In this document: positions 50,965 through 60,259 of the stretch, one piece after another
How positions within the stretch are numbered: the stretch's first letter is position 1
How the letters are laid out: each line of letters begins with the position of its first letter
NCBI GenBank assembly: GCA_051439605.1
Contig: JBFRWN010000044.1
Location: 64,001 to 128,000, forward strand
Reading direction: 5' to 3'
From: Synechococcus sp.
Lineage (GTDB): Bacteria > Cyanobacteriota > Cyanobacteriia > Thermostichales > PCC-7336
DNA length: 64,000 bases
The notes under the pieces: model-generated
What the model was told of the DNA's origin: nothing
Database searches by the model: none
What the model saw: the letters and a program-made list of their open reading frames with translations, nothing else
Program-made: the position numbers and the translations under genes

Positions 50965-52842
50965 TTAGGCCAAAGCCTTCTCAGTCAGCTTGGTCAACAC
51001 ATCGTTAGACCGCTGGAGGAAAGACTGCATCGTGTCTGCATCGGGGCTGCGCTGCGCCATCATGGCCAGATCGTAAATATGGTTGCAAATCAGACCCGTT
51101 AGGTCGTCACTACCCACCACTTGCCCTTTGGAAAGCTCCTGCAGGTTTTGCACCAATGGGTGGGAGGTATTCACCACCAGCGTGTGCTCGTCAGGTAGCT
51201 GAAACGCTGAGGTGTCCTGCTGCATCACCGCCGCCATTTCCTGCATGCGGCGCATAGCCTCGGGGAGAAGAATCATGGCGGGAACCGCTGCAGACTTGAG
51301 CGCCTGCGCCTTTACATCCAGTCTGTCTTTACCCAACGCTGACTTGAACATATCCTGCAGGGTCTCGGTGCGGGTCTTGTTGGTGGTGGGATCGACAATG
51401 TCTCCGGCACTGTCCTCATCCACCAGCTTGTCATCAAGCTCGGAGTCCACCCGCTTGAATTGGACCTCACTGTTTTCCCGCTCCAAAAAGCCGGTGAAGT
51501 GACTATCAATAAAACCATCCAGCAGCAGAACCTCAAGCCCTTGGCTCTTGTGCAGTTCGATGTAGGCACTCTGAGCAGATTCGTCGTTGGAATAGTAAAC
51601 GGTCTTGTCCTGTTTCTCGCTATTGCGCTCTAAATAGTCCGCCAGGGTGACGTAGGGCTTTTGCTCCTCTGCTTCAGCCTCTAACGTGGTTTTGAACACC
51701 AAAATGTCCTTCACCCGCTGGTAGAACTTGTCGCTGTTCATGACGCCGAACTTCACGAACAGGCTAATATCAGGCCACACCTCCAGATATCGGTCATAGT
51801 CCTCTTGGTAAAGGTCGTTGAGGCGATCGCCCACTTTCTTGGCAATGTGGTCGGAGATGCGCTGGACTTTGCGATCGTTGTGTAGGTAGCTGCGAGAAAC
51901 GTTGAGGGGAATGTCATTGCCGTCTACATCAATCACGCCGCGCAGGGGCATAAGGAATTTGGGAATGACTTCCTCAGCGTTGTCGGTGACGTACACCTGA
52001 TCGCAGAAAAGTTTGATTTGTCCGCGGTTGGGGTCAATGTCGGGACGCAGTTTGGGGAAGTAGAGAATCCCTTTGACGATCACCGGGTAATCGGTGTTGA
52101 TGTGAATCCAGAACAGTGGCTCTTCTTGGAATGGATACAGATACCGATAAAACTCAAGATAATCCTCATCCTTGAGATCTGAAGGAGACTTGGCCCACAG
52201 CGGCTCCTGTTTGTTGACAACAGAATCACCAAAGTGGATGGGCACCTGCAAGAAATCGCAGTACTTGGTAATCAGCTGACGAATGCGAGACTCTTCTAAA
52301 AATTCATCATCCTCTTCGGTGAGGGTCAACGTAATGGTGGTGCCGATGTCGGTGCGATCGGAGTCATCCAAAGTGAATTGGGTCGAGCCATCGCAGGACC
52401 AGTGCACTGCCGCTTCATCTTGTTGATAAGACTTGGTGTCGATCTCCACCAAGGAGGACACCATAAAGGACGAATAGAAGCCCAAACCAAAGTGACCGAT
52501 AATGCCCTGTTCGTTACCATCCCCTTTGTATTTCTCGATAAATTCTTCAGCGCTGGAGAAGGCAACCTGGTTGATGTAGTTCCTCACTTCATCAGCGGTC
52601 ATGCCTAAACCGCTATCGGTGATGCTGAGCTGACGCTTTTCCTTATCGATGGCCACCGTAATCTTAGGCTCGGGCATCTCTGGGATATCTTCCCGATAGC
52701 CAATCCACTTCAGCTTGGAGATGGCATCAACCCCATTCGAAATCAATTCCCGCAGGAAAATCTCCCGGTCCGAGTACAGGGACTTTTTAATAATCGGAAA
52801 AATATTTTCGGTATGGATGCTGATATTGCCTTGTTCGTGCAT
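50965..52842 (-). CDS. htpG: Molecular chaperone HtpG (Hsp90)
   Basis: IFLRELISN..DA, DSGLGMT, IGHFGLGFYS, PLNVSRSYL. Confidence 0.95.
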   Translation of the reverse strand: MHEQGNISIHTENIFPIIKKSLYSDREIFLRELISNGVDAISKLKWIGYREDIPEMPEPKITVAIDKEKRQLSITDSGLGMTADEVRNYINQVAFSSAEEFIEKYKGDGNEQGIIGHFGLGFYSSFMVSSLVEIDTKSYQQDEAAVHWSCDGSTQFTLDDSDRTDIGTTITLTLTEEDDEFLEESRIRQLITKYCDFLQVPIHFGDSVVNKQEPLWAKSPSDLKDEDYLEFYRYLYPFQEEPLFWIHINTDYPVIVKGILYFPKLRPDIDPNRGQIKLFCDQVYVTDNAEEVIPKFLMPLRGVIDVDGNDIPLNVSRSYLHNDRKVQRISDHIAKKVGDRLNDLYQEDYDRYLEVWPDISLFVKFGVMNSDKFYQRVKDILVFKTTLEAEAEEQKPYVTLADYLERNSEKQDKTVYYSNDESAQSAYIELHKSQGLEVLLLDGFIDSHFTGFLERENSEVQFKRVDSELDDKLVDEDSAGDIVDPTTNKTRTETLQDMFKSALGKDRLDVKAQALKSAAVPAMILLPEAMRRMQEMAAVMQQDTSAFQLPDEHTLVVNTSHPLVQNLQELSKGQVVGSDDLTGLICNHIYDLAMMAQRSPDADTMQSFLQRSNDVLTKLTEKALA

Positions 52843-53106
52843 GCGTTTCAACTCCCGATCTCGCTCGTCAGTAGTATTGCGACCGTCAAGTCGCTAAGGA
52901 TTGTCACCAGCCAAATCCCGTTACAGGCCTGGATCTAGTTGCCCAAACTGAACTGGCTACGTCCATCAACAAAACTTTGGTTGAACGCACTCAGGTGAAT
53001 AGCATGCAACACAAATTGGTCAGAGATAGACGATATGAATAATTTCTCGGCAACTCAGGTTAGCACCCCTATTCCTGCCATCAGGGTGAAATGCCCACCC
53101 AGAACC

Positions 53107-53122
53107 GTAGAAAATCCCGAAC
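53107..53122 (-). promoter_or_regulatory. Possible K-box-like chaperone regulatory motif upstream of htpG
   Basis: Minus strand GTTCGGGATTTTCTAC is a partial match to the recalled GTTCGG-N8-AC K-box of cyanobacterial chaperone promoters. Confidence 0.35.
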
Positions 53123-53194
53123 CCCTAACCCCTGTCGGTATCCCACAGTACGGTTTGCTAAAATAGGAATTAGCCGACGTAGAGACTTTCGCCT

Positions 53195-53644
53195 GTGCTA
53201 ACTATTCTGAGAAAGCCGGTTAAACACCGCTCAGCTTATACCCTTAGCTTTGTCTCCACACTCTATGTCAGACCGATACTCGAACTCCTAACATTAGAGG
53301 TGCCTCCATGTTGGCAGGCGGAGGTTCAGCTGGGTCTTCAAGAAGCTTTAGTCAACGCAGTTGCCCACGGCAATCAATTCGATACCAGTAAGCGCGTCAC
53401 GGTCACCGTATCTTGTCATGCACCGCTCTATCAGTGGACGATCGTCGACGAAGGCTGTGGGTTTGCCAGCCAGCACTGCTGCGATCGCCAACCCAATGCC
53501 GGTATCGACGACCGTGACGAATGCGGTCGTGGAGTTTTTATTCTCAATCAAATTTTTGACCGCGTGGAATGGAACGAAAGCGGTAACGAACTCTGCCTGA
53601 TGAAGGCAATCCATCAGACTCGTACAGACCCTCTTATTCCCTAA
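53195..53644 (+). CDS. pmgA: Anti-sigma factor-like HATPase PmgA
   Basis: SFVSTLYVRPILELL, LGLQEALVNAVAHGN, DEGCGF, ECGRG..IL.QIFD.V.WN..GNEL. Confidence 0.8.
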   Translation: MLTILRKPVKHRSAYTLSFVSTLYVRPILELLTLEVPPCWQAEVQLGLQEALVNAVAHGNQFDTSKRVTVTVSCHAPLYQWTIVDEGCGFASQHCCDRQPNAGIDDRDECGRGVFILNQIFDRVEWNESGNELCLMKAIHQTRTDPLIP

Positions 53645-53687
53645 TCGGTCTGCTTAACGGGTTAGATACGGCTACTGGAAGTGTGCT

Positions 53688-53713
53688 CCCACTGACTAGC
53701 GGTAGTCAGTGGG
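53688..53713. terminator. Strong hairpin between convergent pmgA and the microprotein gene
   Basis: Perfect 11-bp stem CCCACTGACTA-GCGG-TAGTCAGTGGG. Confidence 0.6.
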
Positions 53714-53733
53714 GGAGTAACGAGCGAAACAAT

Positions 53734-53853
53734 CTAGAAAATACCAATCAAAATTAGGGCGGTGAACAGGCAGAATAGACCGATTGAAATGGCGATCGCC
53801 CAAAAGAAGCCCTCTTCAAACGTATTTCTAGGAATTTTGGCAGGAAAACCCAT
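53734..53853 (-). CDS. Putative 39-aa single-pass membrane microprotein (below the ORF-track cutoff)
   Basis: MGFPAKIPRNTFEEGFFWAIAISIGLFCLFTALILIGIF*. GAGG lies 8 nt before the ATG, TACAAT is at 53907-53902, and a hairpin follows downstream. Confidence 0.55.
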   Translation of the reverse strand: MGFPAKIPRNTFEEGFFWAIAISIGLFCLFTALILIGIF

Positions 53854-53980
53854 ATTAGTTGCCTCATACTCATCAGTTTGCGATGACGCTCCGTTATGTC
53901 TATTGTAGAGAGTTTGTTCGGCAGAACGTAGAGACAGGAAAAACTATAGCAATCGTTTAGCCTAGGGCTGATGGACAAAC

Positions 53981-55810
53981 CTACCTAAGACGGGCCAAGC
54001 GATAAGCTCCGGCCTCCGCAATTGTTTCATAGGTGTTTGGCCCTAAGCCAAAATCATCAAAGACGTCCGTTTCCCCTAGAAGCAGTGCAGAAGGGATAGG
54101 ATTGGCAGCATTTTCTGGGTTCAAGGCGCGCTCAAACTGCGAGCGCCCCGACAAGTACTGGACATTCTGTCGCATGTAAAAAGTCACGCTGGGCTTCATG
54201 AAACCAATCATGAGCATCGGTTCGTTAGACTGAATTTCTTCTGCTGCCAGCCAAGACAATTGCCTCAGGGGCAGTTGCCGCTGCCCATCCATCAGGGGAA
54301 AGGCCACAGAAACAACCACAATGACACAGGCCAGCATGCCGCCGGTATTGGCTAAACATAGCCACTTCAAGCGATTGGTGAACACTAGTCCCACCGCCAC
54401 GATCGCCGTCGTGCCCCAAATTACTCCTCCCAGTAGTGGCAGATGGGCTGCTTGAATAGCCTCCGGCAAATCTGGGGCAGAGGAGTCAGCCCCCAAAAAA
54501 CTCGTCAGCATTAGGCTGCCGATGGCTAGTGCCACAAAGAACAGGATGTTGCAGACAGTTTGAATCCACATCCCAATCGAGGGCTTAGTCTGTGTTAACT
54601 CCGAAGTGCGATTGGAACTTGAAATACGATCCGACCACAGCAGCGCCACCATAATCGCAGCAGCGGGCAACAGCGGCAGGATATAGCTGGGTAGCTTAGT
54701 CACCGAAACAGTAAAAAATCCAAAGATGGAAATGAACCACCAAAAAGCGAACAACCCCAGTTGATAGGGGCGCGATTGCTGTCTCCAAGCTCCCAATCGC
54801 CAAACTTGCAGTTGCCCAATCGCCCCAGGAAGCTCGAAGGAAAACGGAGCAAAGCCCCCCAGAACAATGAGGAAATAAAAGTACCACGGGGCCGAGTGTT
54901 TGTTCACCACACTCGTGAACCGCTCAAAGTTGTGGTAGCCAAAAAAAGTATCAATGTAGTCTGAGCCATGAATGGTACTCACCGCCAAGAACCACGGAAC
55001 CGTCAAGGCGGCGATCGTCACCACCCCCCTCACTGGCAGTGCCTCACGCAGCACCTCTACCAAACGACCGGCAAACAGCAAAAACGCAACGATGGCCAAT
55101 CCAGGTAACACGATCGCCACCGGGCCTTTGGTCAAAATCCCCAGACCAATAAAGGTATAGAAGGCTAAATACCAGCACCGTTGCTTGGAACGATTTCCCT
55201 GGCACGCATAGGCATTGAAAAACGACAGCATCGAGCCAGTCATGCAAGCAGTCAGCAGCATATCCGAGACCCCCGTTCTCCCCCAGGCGACGATCAGAGG
55301 GGTGAGGGCAACAATGCAAGCCCCCAGCCAAGCTGCTGACCAATTATCTGCTGGCGGGAGCACTTGTTCTGAAGTGCGTTGAGAAAGGTCTCCCTCAACG
55401 CACTCGATGTCCCCCCGAGAGAACCCAGACCGATAGCCAAATTTGAGCAGCGAGAACGCCACCAGCACCACTACCGAAATCGCAGATAGTGCGGAGGGGA
55501 GGCGCACTCCCCATTCGTTCACCCCCACCAGCTGGTAGGCGATCGCCATCAACCAGTAAATCAAAGGGGGTTTGTCAAAACGAGTTTCCCCGTTGAAATA
55601 GGGGGTAATCCAATCGCCAGTGACAACCATTTGCCGTGCGGCTTCGGCGAACAGCGGTTCAGTTTCGTCCACCAATCCAACCGTTCCCAGCTGCCATAGG
55701 TAGCTCACCCCACCCAGCCCAGTCACCAACGCAATTGAAATCCCCCACAAAAAAACGGAGCTGTGGAGGAAATGGCTGGATTTGTTACGATCGCCAGCGT
55801 CAAATACCAT
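53981..55810 (-). CDS. ArnT/PMT-like glycosyltransferase (GT-C)
   Basis: LVDETEPLFAEAARQM, RFDKPPL, RLPSAL, LTKGPV, TKLPSYILP. Start uncertain. Confidence 0.85.
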   Translation of the reverse strand: MVFDAGDRNKSSHFLHSSVFLWGISIALVTGLGGVSYLWQLGTVGLVDETEPLFAEAARQMVVTGDWITPYFNGETRFDKPPLIYWLMAIAYQLVGVNEWGVRLPSALSAISVVVLVAFSLLKFGYRSGFSRGDIECVEGDLSQRTSEQVLPPADNWSAAWLGACIVALTPLIVAWGRTGVSDMLLTACMTGSMLSFFNAYACQGNRSKQRCWYLAFYTFIGLGILTKGPVAIVLPGLAIVAFLLFAGRLVEVLREALPVRGVVTIAALTVPWFLAVSTIHGSDYIDTFFGYHNFERFTSVVNKHSAPWYFYFLIVLGGFAPFSFELPGAIGQLQVWRLGAWRQQSRPYQLGLFAFWWFISIFGFFTVSVTKLPSYILPLLPAAAIMVALLWSDRISSSNRTSELTQTKPSIGMWIQTVCNILFFVALAIGSLMLTSFLGADSSAPDLPEAIQAAHLPLLGGVIWGTTAIVAVGLVFTNRLKWLCLANTGGMLACVIVVVSVAFPLMDGQRQLPLRQLSWLAAEEIQSNEPMLMIGFMKPSVTFYMRQNVQYLSGRSQFERALNPENAANPIPSALLLGETDVFDDFGLGPNTYETIAEAGAYRLARLR

Positions 55811-56017
55811 ACACACCTTTATCAGATGACAACTGTTCTTAGCGATGCTGTGCAATTCTTGAGCACATCATGAGACAGGCCAGCCATCAATGGTCAGCCA
55901 TAAAACAGGATCGGTGGGCCACACCCATTAGTCAATGCACTGGAAGAAAAAAAACAGCGTTGCCATCCCCCCGTTTATAAAGTAGGAGCTACAAAGTAAG
56001 AGCTACTGTGACCGTGA

Positions 56018-57247
56018 TTGAACGTCAACACGATACTGCCGGAAAAGGAAAGTCGAGTGGGTTTAGATTGGCAGCGAGCTAGGCGAGAGACTCCGGGGTG
56101 CGATCGTGTGCTGCACTTTAATAATGCAGGGGCAGCCTTGATGCCAGCCCCCGTGGTAGATGCCACCATTGAGCATCTACGTCTGGAAGCTCAAATCGGT
56201 GGCTATGAGGCAGCTGCAATGGCAAGCGATGCCGTGAATCGGGTCTACGATGCCACCGCAACCCTCTTGGGATGCACCGCTAGCGAAATCGCCATTGTTG
56301 AAAACGCCACTCGCGCTTGGGACATGGCCTTCTACTCCATTCCCTTTCAACCGGGCGATCGCATCTTGACAGCAGTATCCTCCTACGCCAGCAACTACAT
56401 TGCCTTTTTACAGATTGCTCAAAAATATGGAGTTGATATTCAAGTCATTCCTAACGATGAGGTTGGGCAAATCTCCATTACGGCCCTATCGAAGGCGATC
56501 GACGATCGCGCCAAACTCATTGCCCTCACCCACGTCCCCACCAATGGAGGTCTGGTGAATCCCGCGGCGGCGGTGGGCAAATTGGCTCGTGCCGCTAACG
56601 TGCTGTATCTACTAGATGCCTGCCAGTCGGTGGGGCAAATGCCCACTAATGTGAAAGAAATCGGCTGCGACTTTCTGTCTGCCACGGGGCGAAAGTACCT
56701 TCGCGGTCCCAGGGGAACGGGTTTCCTATATGTGGATCGCAAGCGAATCGAGCAGTTTGAGCCTCCGTTCCTAGACATGATGGCGGCGGCGTGGGTGGAA
56801 AGGAATCGATACCAAGTCAGATCGGATGCCCGTCGCTTTGAAACCTGGGAAACCAACTATGCAGGCAAGATCGGACTGGGAGTGGCAATTGACTACGCCC
56901 TGCAATGGGGGCTGGAGAATGTCGAGAGTCGCATCCGGCACCTGGCCCAACGGCTGCGGCAGCAACTGTCCGAGATTCCTGCTGTCACCGTTCACGATTT
57001 AGGGCAAATCCAATGCGGCATTGTGACGTTTACGGTGGCCAACCATGCAGCGACGGCGATCGCCCATCAGTTGCGTGCGGCAGCTATGAATACCTCCGTA
57101 TCAGTCCTCTCCTCCACCCGCTTGGATATGGAAACCCGCCAACACACCGAGTTTGTTCGGGCTTCCGTCCACTACTTCAACAGCCATTCTGAAGTCGATA
57201 GCTTCTGCGAGCATCTGGAAACCCTGACGTCTACAAGCCACCTTTAG
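56018..57247 (+). CDS. Aminotransferase class V PLP enzyme (cysteine desulfurase/C-S lyase-like)
   Basis: HFNNAGA, LDACQSVG, PLP lysine motif SATGRKYLRGPRGTG, RASVHYFN. Confidence 0.85.
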   Translation: MNVNTILPEKESRVGLDWQRARRETPGCDRVLHFNNAGAALMPAPVVDATIEHLRLEAQIGGYEAAAMASDAVNRVYDATATLLGCTASEIAIVENATRAWDMAFYSIPFQPGDRILTAVSSYASNYIAFLQIAQKYGVDIQVIPNDEVGQISITALSKAIDDRAKLIALTHVPTNGGLVNPAAAVGKLARAANVLYLLDACQSVGQMPTNVKEIGCDFLSATGRKYLRGPRGTGFLYVDRKRIEQFEPPFLDMMAAAWVERNRYQVRSDARRFETWETNYAGKIGLGVAIDYALQWGLENVESRIRHLAQRLRQQLSEIPAVTVHDLGQIQCGIVTFTVANHAATAIAHQLRAAAMNTSVSVLSSTRLDMETRQHTEFVRASVHYFNSHSEVDSFCEHLETLTSTSHL

Positions 57248-57433
57248 GTATACGGACCTGTGAAAATTGCCCTCTCTCTTCATCGCGCTCTCTATCTAGC
57301 CACATTGAACTATCTGTAGTGCATTAAGTTCATACTAAAAAATATTTCCCACCACATATGGTGTAAAGGAGCTATTATTGGCATCAAGTGCTCCCGAACG
57401 CACTGTTTTGCCAATTGATTGTTGAAGCAACTT

Positions 57434-58723
57434 ATGGCACCAAACGACCCCAACCTAGAGGCCCTCAAGACTCGCGTCCATCAGCAGGCGCAGGCATTAG
57501 CGGAGTCAGAGTCGCTTGCCATGCAAAACATGCAATATGCAGCCGAGTTGGAACAACAACTCAATAGTTGCCAAGCTATGTTAAACACCCAAGACGTAAC
57601 TGATGACAACATCAGCCTTTTGCAAACCCAGCTAACCGCCAGCAAACAGCAGTTGGAGCACCTCCAAGCTGATGTTGAGCGGGTGGTAGGGGAGCGAGAT
57701 CGTCTAAGGCAAGACTTTGATACCGCACAACAGCGGTGCCAGCAACTGGAGCAATCGGCGAATAAAATTGCCAAACTCCAAAGCATTGCCGCCACCTTGA
57801 AGGTGGAACGGGACGAGCTAGCCCAGAAGCTTGAACAGGCTAAAACTGCGGTTGCGAACGTGCACTCAACAGAGCGCACGCTACAGCAAGTTCAGCAAAG
57901 CCAAGCAGAGCTAAAAGATCGAACACAACAGGTCACCCACGAGCGAGATACCATGGCCAAACAGCTAGAGGAACTACAAGCTCAACTTGAGGGGGGAGAG
58001 TCAGAGCAGTTGAAGGCTGCTCAAAGGCGGCAAGAGGTCGCCGAGGCCCATCACTACGTTCTCAAACGTCAGTACGAATCATTGCAAGAGCGGGTCAAAG
58101 AGCTGGAGAAGGAATGCGCCCAAGCCCATGCCCAGGCTCAAGAGTGCGATCGTGAAATGGCTCAGATCGAGCGCGCCAAAATCGAACTATTGGATCGATG
58201 CGATCGCCTTGAGGCGAACAATCAAACTCTACAGGCGAACAATCAAACTCTGCAGACTCAGCTCGACAGCCTCCATCAAGAAACAAGTCCTACACACACA
58301 ACCCCAGAGCCCCTCTCAGTCGATTTTGTGCAACTGGAAAATGCCAAACAAGTTCTGCAGCAGGAACTGGTGGCACTGAGAGCCGAGAACCAAGCCCTGC
58401 AAGCCCAATTAGACGAACATCGCGATCGGGGAAGCGAGGAGAAAAAGGAGGCGACAACTGACGAACCCACAGATAAATCGTTCGTGCAATCTGTACGGGA
58501 AGCCACGGCTAGCTGCGACGTTCCTCCTAGCCCTAGCATCTATGATGCTAAGTTACCCTCCATTCCTCCACTGGAGATAATGGATCGCACTGTACCCAGT
58601 TCCAAGAATTTCGACCGCAGGGTGTTTAACCTAGCAGCTGCTTCAGCAGAATCAGTCACCCCCAACAATACTATTGTTCGGCCCAAAGTCGTAGAACTGC
58701 CCGCATTCGTGCGGAGACGGTAG
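57434..58723 (+). CDS. Long coiled-coil hypothetical protein
   Basis: About 330 aa of Q/E/L-rich heptads, then a low-complexity linker and the C-terminal VELPAFVRRR. Confidence 0.75.
   Translation: MAPNDPNLEALKTRVHQQAQALAESESLAMQNMQYAAELEQQLNSCQAMLNTQDVTDDNISLLQTQLTASKQQLEHLQADVERVVGERDRLRQDFDTAQQRCQQLEQSANKIAKLQSIAATLKVERDELAQKLEQAKTAVANVHSTERTLQQVQQSQAELKDRTQQVTHERDTMAKQLEELQAQLEGGESEQLKAAQRRQEVAEAHHYVLKRQYESLQERVKELEKECAQAHAQAQECDREMAQIERAKIELLDRCDRLEANNQTLQANNQTLQTQLDSLHQETSPTHTTPEPLSVDFVQLENAKQVLQQELVALRAENQALQAQLDEHRDRGSEEKKEATTDEPTDKSFVQSVREATASCDVPPSPSIYDAKLPSIPPLEIMDRTVPSSKNFDRRVFNLAAASAESVTPNNTIVRPKVVELPAFVRRR
58212..58251 (+). repeat. 21-bp in-frame tandem duplication (ANNQTL x2)
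   Basis: AGGCGAACAATCAAACTCT at 58212-58230 and 58233-58251, a period of exactly one heptad. Confidence 0.8.
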
Positions 58724-58800
58724 AGAGCAGCGCAGTGGCTAGTTGGATCGGCCAGTACGTGCGAACTTTAACTAGCGACGACCCGTTTGTGTTTGCCCTC

Positions 58801-58830
58801 AGATCCCCCGTATTTGGGGGATCTTCTCTA
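58801..58830 (+). terminator. Probable intrinsic terminator after the coiled-coil gene
   Basis: AGATCCCCC-GTATTT-GGGGGATCT followed by a pyrimidine-rich tail. Confidence 0.55.
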
Positions 58831-58932
58831 TTCTGAGCTTAGGGCCTAGTTGCTTGCAGGCTTTTCCAGGTAAGGGCTGAGCAGCATATGCTATCTCTGC
58901 TGGTCGTAGAAATTGGTATGTAAGGAGTCTAC

Positions 58933-60231
58933 GTGAAGCGACCGATTGCAGTCGATCTGTTCGCCGGAGCTGGGGGAATGAGCTTGGGATTCGAGCAAGC
59001 TGGGTTTGAGGTCTTGGCAGCGGTGGAAATTGATCCCATCCATTGCGCCGTGCACGAATTTAATTTCCCTTTTTGGCGGATGTTTTGCCGCAGCGCAGCA
59101 GACATTACCGGAAGGGAGATTCGTGAAGATTCCGCCATTGGCGATCGCTCCATCGATGTTGTGTTTGGTGGTCCACCCTGTCAAGGATGCTCCACCATTG
59201 GCAAGCGGGCGTTAAACGATCCCCGCAATGGGTTGATGCTCCACTTCCTAAGGTTAGTGCTGGAACTTCAACCCCGCTATTTCGTAATGGAAAACGTCAG
59301 AGGGCTGACAATCGGTCGCCATCGCCAGCTGCTCAAGGAGCTGATAGCAAGCTTCGCAGACAGCGGCTATCAGATCGTGCAGCAGTACCAAGTCTTAAAT
59401 GCAGCCCATTTTGGAGTACCGCAGGATCGACAGCGCTTGTTTCTGATGGGGGCACGAGCGGGTGAACCTTTGGCCCAATATCCCAATCCCACTGTCCTCC
59501 CTGCCCGACCCATCCATAATGCAGGATTTCAGGAGGGAGCGACTTCGGAAGAGCTACCCAACGGCCCGACGGTGGCGGATGCCATTGCCGATCTCCCCGA
59601 TATCGAACAATATGACGTACTGTTCCAGCAGGATTGGATGGGGGTGGGCCTCGCCCCGGAAGCCAGCAACTATGCCAAACTTTTGCGCGGCGATCTCCAC
59701 TCCCCACAAGATTTCTCTTACCGACGTCAGTCTCCCTACACGGGGTTAACTTGCAGCGGTCGCACCCGCCACAGCGTTGCCACCATCGAGCGCTTCCGCC
59801 GCACCGAGCCCGGCACGGTAGATCGCGTCAGTCGCTTTCTCAAACTGCATCCCGATGGCCTTTGTAATACCTTGCGGGCGGGAACCCCCAGCAGTCGAGG
59901 GGCGTTTACATCTCCTCGTCCCATTCATCCATTCACCCCCCGCTGCATCACCGTCCGCGAAGCAGCTAGGCTCCATTCATACCCTGATTGGTTCCGCTTC
60001 CACTCCACAAAGTGGCATGGCTTTCGCCAAATTGGTAATTCTGTGCCGCCGCTACTGGCGCGGGCGGTGGCCTCCCAGGTGATACAGGCCTTGAACATCT
60101 GCCCTCGGCGACCTCGCAAAATATATCCTTTAGGGGACCCTCAACTGCTACATCTCAAAATGACTCAAGCATCTGCCCGCTACAACGTCAGCAAACACAC
60201 CATTGCCCCGCGACAGCGAATTGAAGTCTAA
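58933..60231 (+). CDS. DNA (cytosine-5)-methyltransferase, probably the orphan CGATCG-specific M.Ssp6803I/DmtC type
   Basis: DLFAGAGG, GGPPCQG, ENV, PQDRQR, GNSVPP. The variable region CNTLRAGT..RGAFTSPRPIH and tail WHGFRQIG resemble recalled M.Ssp6803I (slr0214). Confidence 0.85.
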   Translation: MKRPIAVDLFAGAGGMSLGFEQAGFEVLAAVEIDPIHCAVHEFNFPFWRMFCRSAADITGREIREDSAIGDRSIDVVFGGPPCQGCSTIGKRALNDPRNGLMLHFLRLVLELQPRYFVMENVRGLTIGRHRQLLKELIASFADSGYQIVQQYQVLNAAHFGVPQDRQRLFLMGARAGEPLAQYPNPTVLPARPIHNAGFQEGATSEELPNGPTVADAIADLPDIEQYDVLFQQDWMGVGLAPEASNYAKLLRGDLHSPQDFSYRRQSPYTGLTCSGRTRHSVATIERFRRTEPGTVDRVSRFLKLHPDGLCNTLRAGTPSSRGAFTSPRPIHPFTPRCITVREAARLHSYPDWFRFHSTKWHGFRQIGNSVPPLLARAVASQVIQALNICPRRPRKIYPLGDPQLLHLKMTQASARYNVSKHTIAPRQRIEV

Positions 60232-60259
60232 CACTTCTGATCTGGGGCTCGCTGTCACA

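Noticed and set aside
53060..53086. CIRCE element upstream of htpG
   Set aside because: Only a left-arm-like TTAGCACCC is present. The GAGTGCTAA arm at 9-nt spacing is absent.
53754..53978. 74-aa minus-strand ORF in the track
   Set aside because: The overlapping 39-aa frame has the RBS, the -10 box and a coherent TM helix. This frame has no such support.
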